From NCBI GenBank assembly GCA_051294375.1, contig CM119265.1:9930339-9994338 (forward strand): DNA of 64,000 nucleotides. The letters are read 5' to 3'. This stretch comes from Paraspadella gotoi. Its lineage: Eukaryota; Animalia; Chaetognatha. A program made the position numbers and the translations under genes. The notes below the pieces were generated by a model that was not told the origin of the DNA, did not search any database, and saw only the letters and a program-made list of their open reading frames with translations. This document shows positions 52,997 through 64,000 of the stretch, in pieces (positions within the stretch are counted from its first letter, which is position 1; the number at the start of each line of letters is the position of its first letter).

Positions 52997-55128
52997 GAGA
53001 GAGAGAAGAGAGAGAAAAGAAGAGAAAGAGAGAGAGAGAGAGAGAGAGATCATAACCGACAAGCATGAGACCTATATCGGAACCCTCTTAAGCAGACGGA
53101 AAGTATTATGATTCGTGATTTTTAAGTGTCTCATTTGACTCGGTGTATTTTACATTTTTCAAAATGTAAATATTTTTCTCATATTTAGAAAGAAATAAAA
53201 AAAGTTGATTGTTTAAGATGATTAACATATTTTTAAAATCGAATTCTTTTTCTATTTAACGGCCACAGTCAAAGTCGTAAGTGCCAAGCCACGCATGCAA
53301 GCATCACAAGCTTTCAAAACCGCCGCGCTCTCCTCATAAACGACGTTCATCACAAGCAGAGAGAGAGAGGGACAGAGTCGTAAGTGCCAAGCGACGCTCG
53401 TTTACGAAGGTAGACGCGAGGGCCGCCTCGCCGACGCCGATTAATGGCGTCCGGATTATTATTTTTTTAATAATATTTTTAAAAAAGGTTATAATCGTAA
53501 CTTCGTAAAATGAAAGGCATGGTTTTTAATAGCAAAGTTAATGTGTCGAGACGAGTTTTGTTTAAAACCCTTGAGGCTAATAATTTGCTTTGTTTTCGAA
53601 CAAATTTCGAACAAGAATAATTTTGACTAGAAAGCGAATTTAAATTTTATAAATTGAAAAATAATAGCCTTATGCTTAAGTTGGTGCTCTGTACTGGTCG
53701 GTTTAAAACTAAAGTGAAAACGCTCAATTGTGAAAAGATCAGGAAGACCGATCGTTTTTTATACCGTGATCCTTGTTGCATCATCCTTCTAGGCCAAAGG
53801 TCACGTGATAGTTGACGCCATGGGGCTAAATGGTCACGTGATCTATCAGTAAAAGGCTTTGTTTCCGGCCAGACTCTCTCGCCTACACTGACCGATGCAC
53901 CATTGACGAGCGGGGTTTTCCTTCTCTCGCTCACCTTTTTTGAGTTGAAACGCAAGTCTCTGGGATCAAGCATGATCTAGAACTGGAGTTACGTATATCG
54001 CTTTTTTTCTTTTGTGTAAAAAAAGTTTTAACATTAGATTACATGTAAATAGCGCCAGAAACGAATGTAAAACCTCTCTTTCCTCCGATGTTAAAAGTGA
54101 TAACGTCAATCGACTAAACCCAACGACATCTGTTCCTTCATTCTTTTTCCCCCTCGGGTTGAAAAAAAAACATCAGACGAAGCAGAATAATGTTTCGCGC
54201 GTTTGGTCAGACAGACGTAAACCGGTCTTCTAGACAGACAGATAGACAGACAAAGGATAACAGACTGATAATAGCGTTTTGTGCTCTGGTATCTCACGGA
54301 GTCTAGATTCGTACTTGGCACGTTTTGTGAGCGAGTGTTTAGATGACGAAAAAAAATTGAGGACAGATTAACTAAAATCCTCTAAAAAAAAAGAAAATAC
54401 CGGACACCACAAACATAAACAACCAAAGAGAAGCGGATTGGCGGCGGAATTTTGCCCAGAGCTTCACCCACCAACCCGCCCCCACTTCGACCGGGTGCCC
54501 CAAGTTGTTTTATGCGGGTTTATTTATTTATTTATATATTTGTTGTTGCCATCTGGTGGAAGATGCGAGAGAAATATTATTCCCCTGTTTTTTTTTTCGT
54601 TTTTCTCCGGGATTTTCTCTCGCGATCCTTCGTCCGAATAAAAAAAAACAAACTGGGACCGGTTCGGTTTCCCCGTTCCAACTATTTCACCTATAGTGAC
54701 AGTTGGTGAAAGCGAATATTGATTTATCTGAGAAAGTTTAGTTATCTATTTAACTACTAATTGATGTATTTAACTTCATATATTTAGGTTATCTTGGCTT
54801 TTTGGTTGAAAATGATTAGAATGTTGTCCTTATCGGCCGGTTCCATTTCCGGATTCCACCGATTTCACCTACAGTGACAGTCGTTAAAAGGTAAGGTTGG
54901 TTTTATCTGCGATAACTTACTTTTTAGTAAGTAAGTAAGTAACCTTCCCATCTTTCTAATTTTACTCTCTTCCTTTCTTACTCAACTTTTCACTACCTGC
55001 TTCTTACTTTCTCGCCTCCTCTCTCTCCACGGCGAGGGGGAACAATACCCAGATGGCCATTCGAGATTTGAGTTCAAATCCTGGGGAGAGAGAGAGAGGA
55101 AAGGGGGAGGGAAAGAAAGTGGTAAGAG

Positions 55129-55176
<48 letters not shown>

Positions 55177-55591
55177 AGAGAGAGGAGAGAGAGAGAGAGA
55201 GAATCATCGTTATAATTGAAAAAATACAACGGTACAAGCACATCATTGTACCTAGACACTATCGGCATTGAGTGAAAAACAATTTTAAAAACCACGATGC
55301 GAGCTTGGCTACAAAATCTTCCGAGGCAATACTTACGGAACACTTGCATTAATTATACCTAATATTTCCTGCACTTGATGGACGGAAAAGATAGACAGAC
55401 GGACTAAACGACGAAACGCTCGTCCCATCCGACGAAAAAAAAAGAGACTCTTACATTTGAGTCGCTCTGTCAGGCGCTCGAAGGCGGAGAAAAGGGGGAG
55501 AGGGGGGGAGAGAGAGATGGCGGGAAAAGTTTTACGAATGAGAAAAAAGAAGAACAAAATAAATAAAAATAGGTAAGAAACTAAAAGGAAA

Positions 55592-55640
<49 letters not shown>

Positions 55641-56266
55641 CGAAAAAGGAAAAGAAAAAAACCATTAAGGATCTGAAAACCGGAAAATCATTGATCCAAC
55701 GCGGACGGTGGGCGGGAGGCAATTCGGCGGGAAGTCGTCGTCCTCGGCAGCGGCAGCGGCAGCGGCGGCCTTCCTTCTTTGGAACCAGACGCCAATCCGA
55801 TTTAGGGGAACACGTGATCTCTCTCTCTCTCTCCCTCCCGCCCATTAACGTTAATCGCTTCCCCCCGCCGTCCCGTCGGTGCTTTTATAAACTTTCCCTC
55901 TTCCGCTTTGTCAGTCTATCGATTTTTTCGTCGACAACGACGAGGGTCGCTAGGCCGGAAGAGGTTCGGGGTTCGAGCCCGGAGAGTGAATTTTGTTTGT
56001 TGTTTAGAGTAACGATCAATTTCATTTTGAGAAATTTCGGAGCAAGAAATAAAGTTTGACAAAGATTCTTGCGAAACAAACTATAGGCATAAAGGTATTA
56101 GATAAGTAATAAGATATTAATTCATGTCGATTAATTACAAAATAAATAATCGTTTTTAGGTTATATTTTTTATATTTTCAAGAATGACAAAGTTTTCGAA
56201 TCCTTTATTTTCTGTTTACAAATTCGTATAATATGCCAGGAAAAAATCTGAATATAAGACAGATAT

Positions 56267-57459
56267 TAAGGGGTGAACTTAGGTAATATTTTGCCTGATT
56301 AACTGAGCAAAGTGTTACTGAAATTGCCTAGGTAAAGAAATGATTTTTCTTAATTAAGATAGGCAATTTCTGAATCAAATTATTTTGCTTATATTTATTT
56401 TTAAAGATAAATAAAAGAATATATTTTCTTTTATTGTTTTAATTTTGTTATAAACTATATTTTCAATTTGTTATTACTATATTTTAAGCCCAAAAATACT
56501 TTTCCCAGATGGCATGAAATATGAGTATCAGCATTAAGTATGTAAACTACTTGGCTACTACCAGACCCAGAACCAATAAAATTATTAAAGAAGATTAGTT
56601 CATTGATAAATAAAAAAATTAACAGATAATAAAGAAATTAGTAATAAGGATGAATACATTTAAAAAGATTTTCAATGTAACGTATTCAGTTGTATCTTGA
56701 TATGATTGACATCAAAGATGATGTAAAAATGTACACAAGACTCAAGTCACCCAAAAATCTTTTGTATCTTATTTAGAATGTCAAAGCTCATTAGAATTCT
56801 TTGCAGAATATGATTCAATACCTCCCTAGCTGATTTTATTAAAAAATTCGAGCTCGATATTGAAAGTAAATATGATATGATTTTCAAATAAAAAAAATCT
56901 AAAAAAATTATCTTCCATTTTTTATCATTAAAAAAAGATTTTAACTCAAAGTAAAAAATGACATTCTTAAACATACTGAAAAATGTTTATCTTAATTAAA
57001 AACAACTATATAATAGACTCCAACCCCTGTCACCAAACACCAAATACCAAACACCAAACATATTTTTAGCTATTATTTTTTTTTAATAAAATTATTTTAT
57101 CTTTCATTAAAAATATTTGGGCTAAAACTAATTGAATTTCAATGTTGAGCAAATTAAAGTTTTATATTTGATAAAGATTTTGTTTAAAATTTTTTTTTAA
57201 TTTTATATGAAAATTTGCAAAATTACTTGTTTCACTATCTTATATTTTTATATTTTATGAATGTTTTACTATTTAACTATATTATTTAATTATATATATA
57301 TTACTTTTTTGAAAATATTATTTGCTTATTATATTCTAATAACTCATTTTGGGAGGGGGAGGTCAGTGTTGTCTCTGGAAATAGAGGGAGCATCTATACA
57401 ACACAAGGTTAGAATATAATAGAATTTAAGAAAAAATCTTTGCCTAAGTTCACCCTTTA
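56267..57459. mobile_element. 1.2-kb non-autonomous hAT-like element (family C)
   Basis: TIRs TAAGGGGTGAACTTAGG / CCTAAGTTCACCCTTTA. Perfect 8-bp TSD ACAGATAT (56259-56266, 57460-57467). The internal part 57220-57413 recurs at ~40060-40250. Confidence 0.87.
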
Positions 57460-57470
57460 ACAGATATACT

Positions 57471-58703
57471 TTATTCGCATCCTCGAAGGTTCAACTTTCT
57501 TGTGGGATCGATGCTGGAATCTATGGCCGTTTGAACGTGAACATGATTCGTGATTCCAGGATAGGCCAATTGCATGTCCAAGCTTTTGCCAATCTTTTCA
57601 CCTATAAAGGCGAAAGGTTTCTTTTTTAAATATCAACATTATTAAAAAACATTTTAATGACTTTAGCAGAATAACTTTTTGAAAAAAACATCTTATGATT
57701 ATAACCTGCGCTAATCTTATTATTTCTGTTGAACGGAATCGGATTTACGTAAAACATTTTGAAACAATCCGCTGAATGGAGTAGAAAATGATATCGGTGA
57801 TTATCTTTATTCGTCATAAAAAATTAGCCACTATCTCACACCATAAAGAGTTCTTTTTTCCACAGTCACTTCATTTTCAGAATAACCTTTTACTCCGTTT
57901 TACAATAAATTAAAACAATTGTAAATTGTAAATTATACATTCTCAGAATGACCGAACAATATTACTTAATTACTCACATGCACGTTCTGTTCGAGTTTTG
58001 CAAAAAACAAGGCCTTTGTTGATTGTTCTCTGTCCGCTGTTCATAAATTAATTCAGAATTTATCAAACACTTGTAGTTGACACTTTAAAATACATCACAG
58101 TACAAAGTTAAATTTTCTAGATTTTTCAACTTACGTTGATGGACTAGCATACGGTGAACTGAAAAATTAAACAAATTTGATTGAAAGTATTTAAAAGAAG
58201 AAAAACAGTGTATCCCCCCTTACCTATATCTGAGAATGTAGCCATCGAAAGGTGCGTAAATATCTTTATCTGCTGTCCCGTCTAAAAAAAAAAGAAAAAA
58301 ATGCCATTTCAAATATCTTTTTATTAATTATGAATGAGATTATTATTATTTTGTTTTTACTGTGGGCAAGTGCATATGAATAAATGTTTTTTTTTTTTTT
58401 TTTTGGTTGTAAACAGTCTTAAAAGTCTCACCAGATCCACATTTTACGTCTACGCCACGATGAAAACGATTCCCCCTAAATATGTGAGTTAAAATCGAAA
58501 CGGTTTAGAAGTTTCTACGCAGAGATAATATAAGTTTAAAATTTAAATTTTTTTTAATGATCTATTGTATACCTTGGAGCCCCGAAATATCCTTGCCCGT
58601 GTCTGTCAGAGCCTCTGATGCTTGGAGCATTACAAATGCAGTGAATGCCGTAAGCAGACGTCAGAAAGAACAGCAACAATATTCCAGTAATTTGAGACTT
58701 CAT
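57471..58703 (-). CDS. LECT2: LECT2-like secreted M23-fold protein, paralog B, 7 exons, 170 aa
   Basis: Exons (minus): 58573-58703, 58432-58475, 58224-58281, 58135-58158, 57978-58036, 57706-57771, 57471-57601. All GT-AG, 513 nt in frame. Signal peptide MKSQITGILLLFFLTSAYG; motifs DRHGQGYFGAPR, HRGVD (HxxxD), IYAPFDG, INKG, CFKMFYV, GEKIG and YPGITNHVHV (HxH). Confidence 0.93.
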
Positions 58704-59047
58704 CGTCGTAGTCAACTTTTTTTTGAGTGACTAAAATATAATGTTACATTTACAAAGCACAGCATGTAAGATTACGCGAGAGAGGAAATTATTAAAAATT
58801 TCCCGAGTAAAAAAAGTTTCAGGCAAGACAATTTGAGATCTCGCCCTTATTTTTTGAAAAAAAAGAAAAGATAAATTAAAATGAAATTTTGTGTGTGGGT
58901 AGTAAATGAGATTAAGCTGGATATAAGTTTTTGATGGAATCGTAAGAGTGGAAAAGAATTTAAAACAAAACCAAAAGACACATTTATGTTAATTTTTAAA
59001 AGTTTCTCTCTATCTCTCTCTGATTGATTGATTGATTGCTTGATTGA

Positions 59048-59282
59048 TTGACCAAATTTTGCTGTTGAGCAAATTATGTCAGTTGACAAAATTATGCCGG
59101 TTGACCAAATTATGCCAGTTGACCAAATTATGCCAGTTGACCAAATTATGCCAGTTGACCAAATTATGCCAGTTGACCAAATTATGCCAGTTGATCAAAT
59201 TATGCCAGATGACCAAATTATATCAATTGACCAAATTATGCAAGTTGATTAAATTATGAAAGTTGACCAAATTATGCAAGTT
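59048..59282. repeat. 18-bp tandem repeat (TGACCAAATTATGCCAGT), about 13 copies
   Basis: Directly visible between the two LECT2-like genes; explains ORF 59044-59259. Confidence 0.93.
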
Positions 59283-59595
59283 GGTATTAGCACAGCTACT
59301 GGTAATGGTTGATAGATCAATTGGTTTATAGTTGTTATATATTTGTTATAATCACAAATTGAGAGTTAGAAAAATTACCATGATTTATCATCGGATTAGC
59401 TTATTACCGCTTAATTATCGTAGGCAGGTCCAACATTGTTTGCTCAAACTTGTTTTTAAACAATTGGAATGATTATTCGAAGAGGGAAATAATTACATTA
59501 ATATAGAGTTTTTAAAAGTAAGCCTTAAAATTTAGTAGCGTTATACATTTTAACAACAAAAAACACATTTTTATATCACCGACACCATCACGAAG

Positions 59596-61002
59596 CTAAA
59601 TAAAATGATAATATTCATGTCGAGAGTCATTATCGACTACAGTCTTTCGTTTGATTGCGCTTTTTTCTTTCGCTTTTTCGGCGTCGACTTCAGTTCTACT
59701 CTTTTTCGGTTCTCTCAAGCAAACTTTGAAATCCAAATCTTTGGTCAAATCAAGTCGTGGTTTTGTGCAAGTTTGAACGTGAATGTGATTCGTGATTCCG
59801 GGATAAGTCTTGTTCAGGTCTAGACTCACGCCGATCTTTTCCCCTGCAGAATTTTTTTTAATCTCAGCTTTTGTTGAGTTTTTTTAATTTGACAAAATCA
59901 GTGTAGGTCAATTCGCCTGCTTTTATCTTTTTTCCCTTTTCGGCAATGCTGACCACGTAAAACATGTTGAAACAGTCTCGTCCTGTGAAAGATAATATGT
60001 TTGATGAAAATCTACAAACACAAACACAAAGACTTAGTTTAATAAAAAGCAGTGTCTAACCTGGAAGTTCTTCAGTCGCTTTGGAAAAAACCAAGCCCTT
60101 GTTGATTAATTTTCTAGATGGTCGTTTCATTACTTCGGCGTTGCTATATGGTATACTGAAATGTTTTTATTAATTAATTTTTGTTTTCATTTTTGTCTTA
60201 TTTAATCAAATTTTAATAATTTTTTATTGTGTAAAGACTTTTGATTTCGTTGTTTTGGCAACGAATTGTATTTAAAGCAGACATGTTTCAATTTCAACCT
60301 TTAATTAATTTATTCATTATTACCATTTTTATTTTAGTTTAATTTTTAAGTTTTCCAATTTATTTTTCTCTTCCTTTATTATTGTTGTACATTGTCAAAT
60401 GTAAAGATTTTTCTCTCTCTCTCTCCCATTCTCTCTCAATTTCAAATTTCACCAAACTCACTCCTCCCCTGTCCTTACCTTCACTTGTCCTCATATCTGA
60501 CCACTGTCCTTTACTCAATTCTTTGTTGGAAACTCTCCCTATCTCTCTCTCTCTCTCTCAAACTTAATGTTAAAGAGAAAAACTTGTTAATTTTTCAAAC
60601 AATGATGAAGACTCTAAACTGCTAAAACAAATCCAATTGTTTTTCTCATAATAATTTTTTATAATTTTGGCACCTAACTCTGACGAAGTACCCGTCGAAA
60701 GGAGCATAAACGTCACCCGGTTTGCCTAAAATAATAAATAAATAACAAACAATGATAAATGATGAAAAAATGGAGAATAGTTTTGTCTATTCTATTTTAT
60801 ATATATATATAAAAAAAACAAGTTCACCAGGGGCTGGACCACATTTGACGTCGACCCCGAGATGTTTACGAGTTCCCCTCGGCGCTCCGAAAGACCCGTT
60901 TCCCCATTTGTCAATTGTTCTCAAACTGGGGTCATTGCAGATGCAGGAGATGCAGGCCGCTATGGCTATCAGCGTTGACAGAAACACAATTTTTGTCCAC
61001 AT
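59596..61002 (-). CDS. LECT2: LECT2-like secreted M23-fold protein, paralog A, 5 exons, 211 aa, with charged C-terminal extension
   Basis: Exons (minus): 60828-61002, 60674-60725, 60061-60155, 59917-59982, 59596-59843; 636 nt in frame; the last intron is GC-AG. Signal peptide MWTKIVFLSTLIAIAACIS; motifs DKWGNGSFGAPR, HLGVD, VYAPFDG, INKG, CFNMFYV, GEKIG and YPGITNHIHVQTC. Confidence 0.92.
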
Positions 61003-61931
61003 TTTTGAATTGTGAAACTTATAAGTATCGGATAAAAAAATAAAATAAAAATTTATTATTTATTATTTATTTATTTGTTTTGCTTGTCATGGTTTGTTGT
61101 TTCGAATCAGTTTTTCTTTGAAGTATTTGAAGTTTTTTGGGGTTGATTGATTTGCTACCAGTATGATTACTTTTTTTCTTTTTCTTAAAACATCGAGAAT
61201 TTTTTAGATATATTTTCGCAGTTTAAAAACCCCCAGAAAAGAGAAAAAATCCGATCTTAATAGCTAATCAGTTCGCCATTCGGAATTTCAAATTAGGTAA
61301 TTAGGTAAAAAATAGGCAGAGAGAGAGAGTATAATGCAAATTGTTTGGAGACAGGATAAAAGTAGTAATCCAAAGCCTCAATTTTTATAGAAACTGCTGC
61401 CAACGCCGCAGCTGCCGATGCTTTGATATTTATTGTTACTAATATTTTCATTTATTGTTGATACCTTTCTTTACCGCCACACCTTTTAATGTATAAAATA
61501 AAATAAAATAAAATTATTGACTTGCTTGACTGGTTTTTTTTTCTTTTTCTGACAAATCTGGTTTTCCATTAAATTCCCTTCGAGCAACTTTGTTTTAAAA
61601 TATCTTTCTTCCGATTTTCAGAAACAAGTTTGAAATGTCATCCGCTCGATTGTCTCTTGTTTTTGTCCCAACCCTTTCGATCCTTATTCGTTATCGATCG
61701 AGCGAACATCGACTTTTTTTTTAAAAAGTCGGATATCGTGAGTAGAATCAGCAATTCGGTATTTTGGTTGCGTCGCTTTTGAATCGGACCAAAATTGCGA
61801 ATATAAATAAATAAATAATGAATTAAAACTCATTTTGTAATTTTATTGTCGTACAAGTTATTAATTTATTTCCGTACGCAGCTAATCTAATCTACTTGGC
61901 AAACGAATCTCACTTTCCGTGTTCCGTCGCA

Positions 61932-62294
61932 ATGATTTCGATCAAATATGGCGCGGTCGCAATGGCGATCCTCATCATCTTCATGGTCCACGTCAACCGC
62001 GGGGACGACGATGTCGCGGCTAAATTAGATTTGGTGGAGAGAGTCGAGGCTGCGCTGAAAGTGAGGCGAACTTTGAAGAAGATCAACGCGGGTAAGTCTC
62101 GTCTTTGCGGTTGAAATTCAAGCGATTATATTATTCATTTATTGTGTTATAAACATCTTTGGTAAGTTTAGTTAAATCCTAGGTTTTAAATAATTTTTTT
62201 TTCCTCGATAGAACTGAACGCAAATGCGGAAACTATTCGTAACAAGAGACATGTCGTCAAGAATTCCTCGCGCCGATTCATCAAATTAAACTGA
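61932..62294 (+). CDS. Small secreted prepropeptide candidate, 80 aa, 2 coding exons
   Basis: 61932-62091 (donor G|GTAAGT) plus 62212-62294 (acceptor T-run..ATAG) gives MISIKYGAVAMAILIIFMVHVNRG-DDDVAAKLDLVERVEAALKVRRTLKKINAELNANAETIRNKR-HVVKNSSRRFIKLN*. It has a hydrophobic leader and an RxKR site. A plausible 5' UTR intron spans 61738-61881. Confidence 0.66.
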
Positions 62295-62300
62295 ATTTGG

Positions 62301-62489
62301 GGTTAATTTTACTTTCGCCGACCGTGGTTAGGGGGGGGGGGTTAGGGTTAAGGGTGGTTTAAGAGTGGTTTTGGGTTTGGGGTGGTTAGGTAATATTTTC
62401 TTTTAATTTTTGTTTTAAAAATAATTATTTTTAAAAGATTTTTCAAAAGACGCTAAAACCCTGGGTGGGGCGAAAGTAAAATTTTAACC
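62301..62489. mobile_element. Small foldback MITE (family B), copy 2
   Basis: GGTTAATTTTACTTTCGCC...GGCGAAAGTAAAATTTTAACC inverted termini with a GGGTTA-like interior; homologous to 23132-23268. Confidence 0.78.
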
Positions 62490-64000
62490 GGATTTTGAAA
62501 TAAAATTTACTGACATTTTTATTACTTTGTAACGTATAATAATCGTAAATGTTTGGGAAATGTAACAGTAGCCATTGAACAAATGGTGAAAAATGTTTTA
62601 TGAGATTTATTTGTCATCGTAAATAAGTTGGATATTCACATATTCATGAAAAAAAAAATCAAGTTATGTATTTATATAACAAGAGCAATTCGTATAGAAA
62701 CAGACGAATTTGCTTTACTCTAGGAAATCTCTGTAGGAAAAAAACTTGGAAATGTTTAACTTAGATGTGTAATGGTAGCCGAGTTGTTTAACTTATATCC
62801 GATTTTTTAAAGAAGCACTTCACTTGTGTGACTTATTGTAATAAAAGCAATAAGAGACAGACATAGAGGGAGAGAGACTGAAAGAATGAGACTCATAATT
62901 AAGGAAAATCGATCTCCATTTAATTTCCTGTTCGAAATTAAAACACCTTCTATATAAAATAAGTTTTTAATGTTTCATTTCACTTCAGACGTTAAAAAAG
63001 AATCATGGAATACATTTGACGATTCTCATTCGAATTTGACAATATATTTATGCGATACTTCCAGAAATCCAATATCCGACCGAATTGGGCACAAAATTTT
63101 AATTTCGAATTCAAAAGTCGTAAAATTAAATCCATCGCAAACTCTCGTCTTCTCCATCTTTCTTTTTTAAATGTTGATGTAGTAACTCTTCATCTACATC
63201 TTTTTCTCCAGCATCATCTTCTTGGCATCCGAAACTCCTCCGGCGTCTAGTACAAAATCTCTGTCACTCGAAGTCAGAAGCTCAGTTATCATCTTCACTC
63301 TCACTGACAGGCGCGCAGCGGGAGCGGCTTCTGATGCAGCGGGAAATGACGGCAGCGGCGGCAGCATCTCGCTTTTCACGACTACATTCCATCACCTCAA
63401 ATTTTCTGACGTTTTTGAGTTTCTTCTTCCTCCTCAACTCCTTCTCCTCCTCTCCCAGCCTTTTTTTCCTGACGTCAAGTAGTGGGAATAATTTTAGGTG
63501 TTTTTTTTTTGTAATTAAGTTCAGGTGTTGGAATTTCCTACATTTTTTTACAACAAGATCGATTTTGCATTTCAGATTTGTGAGTGCAAAGAATAACCAA
63601 AGTATCTTTTCAGTTTTAGAGATACTATTTAGTTAACAAAGAATATTTTACTTTTAATAACCTTCTTGCATAGTTAAAAGTTAAAAAGAAATAAAAAATA
63701 TAAAAAAGAAGGACGGACCTTAAAAAAAAAAGAAAGAAAATCCGTGAATTTTTCCCTTGTGATTCATTAGTGAAACCTCGTGAGTCTCCTTCGCAAGGAT
63801 TAGAAAAAGAATCATCGAAAAAGAACGAAATATTATAATTAAACTTGTTTTAAAACTTTGAACTTTTTATCCGTTTGTTTTTTCTTTTGCTACGCTAAGC
63901 TATTGTTTAGACTCTTTACTTTATCCTAACTATATGCAAATTACGTTTTTAAATTGAGAGAAAGAGAAAGACTCCTATTATCTAAACCTTTAGGGTTTTA

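Noticed and set aside
1234-55845. Many ORFs rich in SL/ER/RE, FLSF/KERK or poly-S/T/D/R, and ORFs running through X
   Set aside because: They are translations of (GA)n, (CTTT)n, (TCG)n and N gaps, with no domain or splice support.
63060-63480. Minus-strand Glu/Lys-rich coding-like region
   Set aside because: Stops occur in all frames and no consistent splice model or recognisable motif was found.

Overview
AT-rich, microsatellite-dense animal (probably invertebrate) genomic scaffold with N gaps and some noisy, apparently long-read-filled segments. Hand-spliced, phase-consistent genes: (1) a 6-exon GH29 alpha-L-fucosidase on the minus strand (2738-6489, 463 aa) with a Tc1/mariner remnant in intron 4; (2) two tandem LECT2-like (M23-fold) secreted-protein genes on the minus strand (57471-58703, 7 exons; 59596-61002, 5 exons, one GC-AG intron); (3) a divergently oriented 80-aa secreted prepropeptide candidate (61932-62294); (4) an orphan 163-aa gene (23746-24871) with a TATA box, a 5' UTR exon and a polyA signal, whose first intron holds a Penelope-type minimal hammerhead-ribozyme motif inside an inverted repeat. 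The rest is mobile or repetitive DNA: hAT-type non-autonomous elements with 8-bp TSDs, a Penelope-like RT remnant, a LINE 3' remnant, an LTR with a tRNA-Leu PBS, a tRNA-derived SINE, HINE-like elements, foldbacks and satellites. Most long ORFs in the supplied track come from (GA)n, (TCG)n or N runs. All family assignments rest on recalled motifs; no search was run.
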